NCBI GenBank assembly: GCA_963816185.1
Contig: CAWFJJ010000024.1
Location: forward strand, 384,001 to 448,000
Length of the DNA: 64,000 nt
From: Thermoanaerobaculia bacterium
GTDB taxonomy: Bacteria > Acidobacteriota > Thermoanaerobaculia > UBA5066
Reading direction: 5' to 3'
Shown: positions 57,207 to 64,000 of the stretch, one piece after another
How the letters are laid out: each line of letters starts with the position of its first letter
Position numbering within the stretch: the first letter of the stretch is position 1
The notes under the pieces: model-generated
Database searches by the model: none
Seen by the model: only the letters and a program-made list of their open reading frames with translations
Told to the model about the DNA's origin: nothing
Translations under genes and position numbers: made by a program

Positions 57207-57542
57207 ATGGAAGGAATTCTCAAATCTTCCACTGTCCAGGACGCCCGGAGGGCCGCGAAGGAAGCGCAAAAGATCGGCAGTGACTTCAGAAGCGACTTCG
57301 ATCGCGCGGTCGATCGGAGCAAGGACGTCGCGAAGGAGCTCGGCGAGAAGGTCCGCGGCGCGGCCGAGGACGCGGCGTCGTCGGGGCGGGACATCGCGCG
57401 TGATTACATGAAGCGCGGGAGGCGACGCCTGTCCCACGCGACCGAGCGCGTCAGCGCGTACGCCGACGCCAACACGGCCGTCGTGGCAATCGGAGCCTTT
57501 GCCGCCGGCATCCTCGTCGGGCATTTCGCGAGGCGGCGCTAA
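57207..57542 (+). CDS. DUF883/ElaB-YqjD-like tail-anchored protein
   Basis: Charged helical body and C-terminal AVVAIGAFAAGILVG.FARRR. GGAGG RBS. Confidence 0.8.
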   Translation: MEGILKSSTVQDARRAAKEAQKIGSDFRSDFDRAVDRSKDVAKELGEKVRGAAEDAASSGRDIARDYMKRGRRRLSHATERVSAYADANTAVVAIGAFAAGILVGHFARRR

Positions 57543-57592
57543 GGGGTAGCTGTGGGTCTTTTCTTCAATGGCGTGCAACTTGCGACGCCGAG

Positions 57593-58006
57593 GTGGTGCA
57601 GGTTTTGCGGAACCGGCCATCACGACCCGACATCCTCGTCATCGATGACGACGCCGCGCTGCGCGAGGGCCTCATCGGGTTCTTCCGGATCGAGGGTCGG
57701 AGCGCCGTCGGCGCATCGAACGGGGCCGAGGCGCTTTTCTTGCTGGGCAAGGATGTCCGGCCGGGAGTGATCCTGCTCGACCTCAACATGCCCCTGATGA
57801 ACGGCTGGGATTTCGTGACGGCGCTGGGGCGGATTCCCGAGCTTCCCAGAATTCCAATCGCCATCATGTCCGGCGTGACGTCGGAGCGCGAGATCCCTTC
57901 CTGCGAGACCGACGCCGGCTTCTTCAAGAAGCCCGTCAACTTCGATGCGCTTCTCGCGGCCGTGAACCTGCACCTGCCTCCCCGAGACCCTACTCGCCGC
58001 CGGTGA
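57593..58006 (+). CDS. Single-domain response regulator
   Basis: ILVIDDD, LLDLNMP.MNG, MS, KP. Confidence 0.9.
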   Translation: MVQVLRNRPSRPDILVIDDDAALREGLIGFFRIEGRSAVGASNGAEALFLLGKDVRPGVILLDLNMPLMNGWDFVTALGRIPELPRIPIAIMSGVTSEREIPSCETDAGFFKKPVNFDALLAAVNLHLPPRDPTRRR

Positions 58007-58054
58007 GGCGCCGGCCGCCCCACGCGCGTCAAACTGGTGCGCGACGACGAAGAA

Positions 58055-59197
58055 TTACGACGAACCTGTCGAAGACGGCGCGGAGCTGACGGCGGCACGC
58101 GGCAGCCTCACCGAGAAGGTCGCGCCTCCGCGAGGAGCGGAATGCACCGTGATCTCGCCGTGATGCGCGTGCACGATTTGCTGTGCGATGTAGAGGCCGA
58201 GCCCGACCCCTTTGACCCCTCGCTGCTGCTCGGCCGGTCCGCGGCGGAACGGGTCGAAGATCACGTCCCGGAGAGGCGCCGGGATTTCCTGGCCCTGGTT
58301 CGTCACGTCGACGACGACCACATCTCCGTCGCCGGAGCGGCCGGCGATCGTGACGGGCGCGTCCGGGTCGCCGTACTTGAAGGCATTGGAGACCAGGTTG
58401 GAAAGGACCTCGGCGAGCCGGTCGCCGTCCCAGGTGCCCTTCAGGTCCCCTTCCATCGACACATGGATTCGCCCGGGATTCAGGGCCTCCTGCTCCTCGG
58501 CGACGATCCGGCAGATCTCGGCGAGATCCGCCCTTTCCGGATGAATCGAAATTCCGCCCCCCAGCCGGCTCATCGTGAAATCGAGAAGCTGTTCGATCAT
58601 CCGCGACATGCGGTCCGTGCTGTTCGAGATCCGCGCGAGCACCTTCTGATCTGACTCGGACGCGCGAGCCTTGAGAGTGTGAACCGACACCTTGATCGTG
58701 CTGAGCGGAACTCTGAGATCGTGGCCCAGCACGCCGAGGAACAGCTCCCGAGTCTTCTCCTTCTCGTTCCGGACTGCTTGCTCGGCCGTGATGTCGCGGA
58801 CGATCTTGGCGGCGCCGACGATCCGTCCTTCATTGTCTCGCACCGGGGAGACCGTCAGAGACACGTCCAGGATCCGTCCGTCGCGGGCACGACGCCTCGT
58901 TTCGAAGTGCTCGACATGCTCTCCGCTCACGACGCGCTTCAGGATCCGCCGCCAGTCGTCGGCGCGGTCGGGCGGCATCAGGAGCTCGATGGAGCGCCCG
59001 ATGACCTCGTCCCGGCAATAGCCGAAGAGCCGCTCGGCCGAGTGATTCCATTCGACGATGCGGCCCTCGAGGTCCATCGCGATGATCGCGTCTCCGCTCG
59101 ACTCCACGATTGAGGCGAGCCGGCGGATTCTGCTGTCGCCCTCGGGTGCTTCGCCGGCGGCGCGCTCGGGAGGACTCGGAGGATCGGCTTCTGCCAT
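58055..59197 (-). CDS. Cytoplasmic PAS sensor histidine kinase
   Basis: IVESSGDAII..WN.SAERLFGY PAS domain. GHDLR.PL, NLVSNA.KY, G.GLGL.I. Confidence 0.9.
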   Translation of the reverse strand: MAEADPPSPPERAAGEAPEGDSRIRRLASIVESSGDAIIAMDLEGRIVEWNHSAERLFGYCRDEVIGRSIELLMPPDRADDWRRILKRVVSGEHVEHFETRRRARDGRILDVSLTVSPVRDNEGRIVGAAKIVRDITAEQAVRNEKEKTRELFLGVLGHDLRVPLSTIKVSVHTLKARASESDQKVLARISNSTDRMSRMIEQLLDFTMSRLGGGISIHPERADLAEICRIVAEEQEALNPGRIHVSMEGDLKGTWDGDRLAEVLSNLVSNAFKYGDPDAPVTIAGRSGDGDVVVVDVTNQGQEIPAPLRDVIFDPFRRGPAEQQRGVKGVGLGLYIAQQIVHAHHGEITVHSAPRGGATFSVRLPRAAVSSAPSSTGSS

Positions 59198-59488
59198 ATC
59201 TGTTTCCGACTCGCTCACTTCGCCCGTAACGATTCGAATCGTCTTCGGCAGTCGCTGCGCTTCGGGAGGCCGAAGAGCCCGGAGTTCCGCTTTGCGTGCG
59301 GGAGCATACGCTTCAGGGCGCCGTCTCACCGCGACCTCGCCGAGGAAACGATGACGTTGGCGGCGCCGGGCACCGGAGTTGCTCCGTGATACATCAGAGG
59401 GGGATCCCTGATGAAGAATCTTCAACGTCTTGCGGCAATCGTGACCCTTTAGGAGGGGATTGCGGCGTATTACGGCGTCGTCTCAGGC

Positions 59489-60607
59489 ATGAAGCCCTCC
59501 GCGAGGCACCAGGACATGCACCTCCCATGGGCCACGCTCGTGAAGGTGTTCGCCGCCGTCCTCGCCGGCTGGGCGCTCGTTCGCCTCTGGCCTTCCTTCC
59601 AGCTTTTCCTGATCGCGGTTCTCCTCGCCGTCGCGCTCAGTCCGATCGTCGACGGCCTCGAGACGCGTGGAATGTCGCGTGGACGAGCCGTGTCCATCCT
59701 GGCGCTCGCCATCGTCCTGTTCGTCTCGGCGTTCTCCTTCTTCGTCGTTCCGTCTCTGACGGAGCAGGTATCCGACCTCTGGAAGAGCCTGCCGCACTTC
59801 AAGAACGCGCTCGCGAAACAGCTGGAAGGGAGGAACCTGACCTCGCGCATCCTCTTACCGCTTCTGGATCTCCCGCGCTCCCCGGAATTCGATGCAACGC
59901 TGGCGAAGCCTCTGACGTGGGGCCCTAAGGCTCTCGAGGTGGTCGCGGGACTGCTGATCGTGGCGGTCCTCGGCCTCTATCTCCTCTTCGACGGCAAAAA
60001 GGTCGTTGCCTGGCTCCTCGCCTACGTGCCACGCGCACACCGTCGCCGCATGGGAGACATGATCCCCGAAGTCTTCGAGGTCGTGCAGGCGTTCACGACG
60101 GGTCAGATGCTCATTTCGACGCTCTTTTCGATCTTCACCTTCGTCGTCCTGACGACACTCAACGTCCCCGCCACCCTTCCGCTGGCGCTCTTCGCCGGCC
60201 TTTGCGACGTGATTCCGGTCGCGGGGATCTCCGTGGCGACGGCCGCGGCGACGCTCTGCGCCCTGACGGTGAGCCCTTCGACCGCGCTGATCGTCCTCGG
60301 CCTCTACGTGTGCTACCACCTCTTCGAGGCGTACATCCTCGTTCCGCGCCTCTACGGAAACCGCCTGCGGCTCTCGACGCTGACCGTGCTCCTTGCGATC
60401 CTCGCGGGCGGAACCCTCGGCGGGGTGATCGGAGCGGTTCTCGCGCTGCCGATCGTCGCGGCCTATCCCGTATTCGAGAAGCACTGGCTCGACGACTATC
60501 TGCACCCCGACGCCGTGGAAGACCACCGGGCCCTCCGCGACACCAGCGGCAAGGAGAGCGAAGCCGTTGTGGACGCGGTCTTGCAGGGGGCGGCGCCGCG
60601 CAAATGA
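59489..60607 (+). CDS. AI-2E (PerM) family transporter
   Basis: LA..LSP.V, IPVAG, E.YILVPRL, GG.LGGVIGAVLALP. Confidence 0.9.
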   Translation: MKPSARHQDMHLPWATLVKVFAAVLAGWALVRLWPSFQLFLIAVLLAVALSPIVDGLETRGMSRGRAVSILALAIVLFVSAFSFFVVPSLTEQVSDLWKSLPHFKNALAKQLEGRNLTSRILLPLLDLPRSPEFDATLAKPLTWGPKALEVVAGLLIVAVLGLYLLFDGKKVVAWLLAYVPRAHRRRMGDMIPEVFEVVQAFTTGQMLISTLFSIFTFVVLTTLNVPATLPLALFAGLCDVIPVAGISVATAAATLCALTVSPSTALIVLGLYVCYHLFEAYILVPRLYGNRLRLSTLTVLLAILAGGTLGGVIGAVLALPIVAAYPVFEKHWLDDYLHPDAVEDHRALRDTSGKESEAVVDAVLQGAAPRK

Positions 60608-60648
60608 GGCGAACGTCGCGGCTGCGCCCGTTCCGTCGTCACACTCCA

Positions 60649-60677
60649 TTGACGGGTGAAGAGTGGGGGAGTAGTCT
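60649..60677 (+). promoter_or_regulatory. Putative sigma70 promoter of carD
   Basis: TTGACG-N17-TAGTCT, followed by AAGGAGG RBS. Confidence 0.55.
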
Positions 60678-60705
60678 CCTATTTCCGTTCCCGAAGGAGG
60701 CGTCC

Positions 60706-61242
60706 GTGGCTTTCAAGATCGGAGACAGGCTTGTCTACCCGAATCACGGCGTCGGGGTCGTGGAGACGATCCAGGAGTCCCTTCTCGAAGGTTCCCCCGC
60801 ACCCTGCTATCAGCTTCGCCTCATCGGGAACAACTCGCGCGTGATGGTCCCGGTCGGGAACTCGGACCGCATCGGCCTCCGCCCGCTCACGCGGCGCAAG
60901 GACGTCGGCTCGGTGTTCCGCGTCCTCGAGAATGCGACGCCGCCGCCGAGCGGCGACTGGAAGGGTCGGTACAAGCAGAACCTCGACAAGATGCGCTCCG
61001 GCCGCCTCACGGACATTGCGGACGTCCTCAAGAACCTGACGTGGGTGCAGAAACAGAAGGCGCTCTCTTTCCGCGAGAAGAAGATGTACGAGCGCGCCCG
61101 CTATCTGATCGTCTCTGAGATCGCGCAGATCAACGGGCTGCCGGAGCTCGAGGTTGCGACCGAGGTCGAGAAAGCCCTCGACCGGGCGATTCTCAAGCGG
61201 CGTCCCGTCATGGCCGCGTCCGGAAACAACCGCGACCACTGA
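60706..61242 (+). CDS. carD: CarD family transcriptional regulator
   Basis: FKIGD.LVYP.HGVG, VMVPV, IGLR, W..RY, LS..EKKM..RAR..IVSE. Confidence 0.92.
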   Translation: MAFKIGDRLVYPNHGVGVVETIQESLLEGSPAPCYQLRLIGNNSRVMVPVGNSDRIGLRPLTRRKDVGSVFRVLENATPPPSGDWKGRYKQNLDKMRSGRLTDIADVLKNLTWVQKQKALSFREKKMYERARYLIVSEIAQINGLPELEVATEVEKALDRAILKRRPVMAASGNNRDH

Positions 61243-61283
61243 CCCGCACGCAGATCTCCGACGGTTCTGGGAGGAGCGCCGAG

Positions 61284-61376
61284 AGATTTCTTAGAAGGGG
61301 AGAGAACACCGGCCGCCGCCGCGGCGCGCCGCGCGAGGCATGCAAAGGCCGTCCACGCGCCTTCTCAGAAGATCTT
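61284..61376. repeat. Intergenic inverted pair of the TTCTNAGAA motif
   Basis: AGATTTCTTAGAAGG (61284-61298) and CCTTCTCAGAAGATCT (61360-61375). Confidence 0.65.
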
Positions 61377-61436
61377 CTTCCTAGGCGAGATTGACCGCCG
61401 CGATGGGGCGGCGGCAACTTCCGTATAGTGGCGAGG

Positions 61437-62219
61437 ATGAATTCGCGCCCGATGCTCGCCGGACCCGCGGTCGGGCTTCTCCTGACGCTCGTGCTCCCGG
61501 CCGGCGCCGCGACGGTCCCGACTCGGACGGGTGACGTCGTGCTCGACGTCCTCCTGGTCTCGGTCGACATGGAGAAGCGACGCGTGACGGAGGATCTCGA
61601 GGAGTTCGACCGGATCTCTGGGCAGGCGTCGCGTGCGGAGGCCGACCTCACCGCGGCCCTGAATCAAATCGCCCATCTCGCGCGCGAGGGGACGTTGGAT
61701 CGCAGCGCTCTGGAGCTGGCCGAGCAGGCCGCGGCCGACGCGCGCGCGCGCGTGGAAGCTGGCCAGGACAGACGCCGAGCCTTGTCCGAGCGGCTCGCCG
61801 AGCACGTGCGTCGTCTCGCCGCGTTCCGGGAGGAGATCGCGCGCCGTCGCGAGACCTTGAGAAGCGTTCTTTCCGACCCCCTGACGGGGCGTTGGGAGGT
61901 CTTCATCAACCCGGGAGCGCAGCACGGCTTTTACCGCCTTTCTCTCGACGGCACGATCCTCTCGGGGGACTATGTTCTCGACGGCGGGTTTCATGGGTCT
62001 CTGAGGGGCACGTTCGTGGGCGACCGCGTCACGTTCGAGAGGATCGATTCCGAACGCGGACTCGATGCCAAGTTCTATGGCCGCTTGACGATCGGCGCCG
62101 CGCGCCGCATCGCAGGCACCTGGGACGGGACGCAGATCGCGCCGCCCCCGGCCTCGGGTCCGGTGGCGGGCACGTGGTCGGCCAAACCGGTGCGTGATGA
62201 GGAGAGTGAATCGAGATGA
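61437..62219 (+). CDS. Hypothetical secreted protein (coiled coil plus beta domain)
   Basis: Signal peptide, heptad-rich segment, Gly-rich beta C-terminus, host-like codon usage. Confidence 0.65.
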   Translation: MNSRPMLAGPAVGLLLTLVLPAGAATVPTRTGDVVLDVLLVSVDMEKRRVTEDLEEFDRISGQASRAEADLTAALNQIAHLAREGTLDRSALELAEQAAADARARVEAGQDRRRALSERLAEHVRRLAAFREEIARRRETLRSVLSDPLTGRWEVFINPGAQHGFYRLSLDGTILSGDYVLDGGFHGSLRGTFVGDRVTFERIDSERGLDAKFYGRLTIGAARRIAGTWDGTQIAPPPASGPVAGTWSAKPVRDEESESR

Positions 62220-62953
62220 CGGCTGAAGAGATGGATGATCACCTGCCTCCGCCCGTGCCTGCCGGAAAGCCCGTCCGAGAGAAGAAAGCCCGAACCCCGG
62301 AGGCGCCCCGCCGCACATCCCCCTGGGCGGATCGGGGCCTGTTCCTCGCGTTGGGCCTTCTCGCGGGCTTTTCGGCCGCGTATCTGTACCTGGACAAGAA
62401 CCCGTCGGCGGTGCCGCAGGCTTCCCCGGCCGATCCGCATGCCGGCCTTGCCGGCGTCGGCCCGGGAGCGACACGGGATCTACCCGGCAGCGGCGGCGGG
62501 CAGCCCTCTCTGGCTTCCGACCCGGTCGCCCGGCAGAAGCTGAGCGACCTCGAGGCGGCGGTCGCGAAGGAGCCGAAGAACGCGGACCTTCTCGTGCAGC
62601 TCGGGAACGCGGCGTACGACGTCGAGGACTGGCAGAAGGCGGTCGACTCTTACGAGAGGGCTCTCAAGCTGCGCAGCGCCGATCCCAACGTCCTGACCGA
62701 TCTCGGAGTCGCGTACCGGAATGTCGGCAACGTCGACAAGGCGCTCGCGATGTTCACGCAGGCGTCGGCGCTCGATCCGAACCACTGGCCGGCGCAGTTC
62801 AATCTCGCGATCGTCTACGGCATCGACAAAGGCGACCCGAAGAGAGCTCTCGAGATCCTCGCGAAGCTCAAGAAGGAGCATCCCGAGATCCCCTCGCTCG
62901 ACCGCCTCACGAACGACCTCGAGCAGCGAGCGAAAGGACGCCCAGGGGCGTGA
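62216..62953 (+). CDS. Membrane-anchored TPR protein
   Basis: TM helix. LGNAAYD, VLTDLGVAYR, AQFNLAIV. Confidence 0.82.
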   Translation: MTAEEMDDHLPPPVPAGKPVREKKARTPEAPRRTSPWADRGLFLALGLLAGFSAAYLYLDKNPSAVPQASPADPHAGLAGVGPGATRDLPGSGGGQPSLASDPVARQKLSDLEAAVAKEPKNADLLVQLGNAAYDVEDWQKAVDSYERALKLRSADPNVLTDLGVAYRNVGNVDKALAMFTQASALDPNHWPAQFNLAIVYGIDKGDPKRALEILAKLKKEHPEIPSLDRLTNDLEQRAKGRPGA

Positions 62954-64000
62954 CGCCGTCGCCGGGCGACCTCTTCGAGGACGAGAGCCCGGCTGAAGAG
63001 TCGTCCGCCCACGTGAACGTCGTCCCGCCGGACGCTCCGCTCGCGGAGCGGATGCGCCCACGCGACCTCTCCGAGGTGGAAGGGCCGCCGGACCTCGTCG
63101 GCCCCGGCTCGTTTCTCGCGAAGGCGCTCGCGGCCGACACCGTTCCGTCGATCGTCTTCTGGGGTCCCCCCGGAAGCGGCAAGACGACGCTCGCGAGGAT
63201 CATCGCGGCGAAGACCCAGGCCCGCTTCATCGGCTTCTCGGCTGTCGTCTCGGGCATCAAGGAGATCCGGAGCGTGATGGAGGAAGCGGCCCGCGCCAAG
63301 CGCCGGGGCCGCCGAACGCTGCTGTTCGTGGACGAGATCCACCGTTTCAACCGGGCGCAGCAGGACGCATTCCTGCCGTTCGTCGAGGCCGGGGACATCG
63401 TTCTCGTGGGCGCCACGACCGAGAATCCCTCGTTCGAGCTGAACGGCGCGCTCCTGTCGCGCCTGAGGGTCGTCATTCTGCCTTCTCTGAAAGAAGAGGA
63501 TTTGATTCACCTGATGAAGAGAGCGCTGCAGGATCCCACGAGAGGACTCTCGGCGGCGGTGACGGTGAGTGAAGATGCCTTCGAATGGTTAGGACGCTTT
63601 GCCGACGGCGATGCCCGACGAGCATTGACCGCGCTCGAAGCGGCTTCCTCCCATCTCCTTTCAGAAGAAAACTCTTCGGATTCTTCGAAGGGTTCGATCG
63701 GCGAGGTTACGGCCGCAGCTGATTTGCGGGAGCCCGTGCTCACGGTCCCCGTCCTCGAGGACCTCTTCAGGCGGAAAGTCCTCCTCTACGACAAGTCGGG
63801 CGAGGAGCATTTCAACCTCATCTCGGCGCTCCACAAGTCGCTCCGCGACTCGGACGTGGACGCGTCGCTCTACTGGCTCGCGCGGATGCTCGAAGCGGGG
63901 GAGGACCCGCTTTACATCGCCCGGCGCCTCGTGCGCTTCGCCTCCGAGGACGTCGGTCTCGCCGACTCGTCCTCGCTGACTCTCGCCCTGGCGGCAAAAG
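62950..64000 (+). CDS. rarA: Replication-associated recombination protein A (partial, runs off window end)
   Basis: Manual translation: APLAERMRP, WGPPGSGKTT, FVDEIHRFNRAQQD, GATTENPSF, ISALHKSLRDSD, ASEDVG. Confidence 0.95.
   Translation, partial: MTPSPGDLFEDESPAEESSAHVNVVPPDAPLAERMRPRDLSEVEGPPDLVGPGSFLAKALAADTVPSIVFWGPPGSGKTTLARIIAAKTQARFIGFSAVVSGIKEIRSVMEEAARAKRRGRRTLLFVDEIHRFNRAQQDAFLPFVEAGDIVLVGATTENPSFELNGALLSRLRVVILPSLKEEDLIHLMKRALQDPTRGLSAAVTVSEDAFEWLGRFADGDARRALTALEAASSHLLSEENSSDSSKGSIGEVTAAADLREPVLTVPVLEDLFRRKVLLYDKSGEEHFNLISALHKSLRDSDVDASLYWLARMLEAGEDPLYIARRLVRFASEDVGLADSSSLTLALAAK

Noticed and set aside
59340-59425. Hammerhead ribozyme suggested by GAAAC...GTT and CTGATGA
   Set aside because: Stems I and II do not pair convincingly. 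Only a simple CATCAG/CTGATG hairpin is evident.
55393-60640. Integrative island at tRNA-Leu
   Set aside because: Downstream genes look accessory, but I found no integrase and no duplicated tRNA 3' end (att site).

Overview
High-GC bacterial chromosome segment. I estimate ~68-70% GC by eye. Gene content and architecture (TIGR02999-type ECF/kinase pair, acidobacterial VWA protein, IPTL-CTERM protein) suggest Acidobacteriota, probably Thermoanaerobaculia-like, which is an inference. Bases 1-8.8 kb are an accessory locus. An ECF sigma factor plus Ser/Thr kinase is transcribed divergently from secreted-protein genes that share duplicated promoter/RBS/signal-peptide leaders and a duplicated 3' tail, followed by a rearranged Hcp-like ORF. 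The rest is mostly housekeeping: folE, pyk, dnaB, alr, mlaEFD, radA, purC, pepA, recN, hisS, aspS, aroB, ftsY, ribD, ribE, hemW, tonB-exbB-exbD-exbD, nnr, tsaE, NRAMP/MgtE-CBS, tRNA-Leu(CAA), carD and rarA. The strongest unexplained signal is a dispersed quasi-palindromic DNA motif, RGATTTCTT(A/C)GAAGG with core TTCTWAGAA. It recurs in clusters, often as inverted pairs ~65-175 bp apart, both between genes and inside essential genes in different reading frames. Many genes also show a leaderless TANNNT-N6-9-ATG start signature. Three single-base frameshifts (alr, hemW, VWA) are probably assembly errors. No CRISPR array, integrase or transposase was seen.
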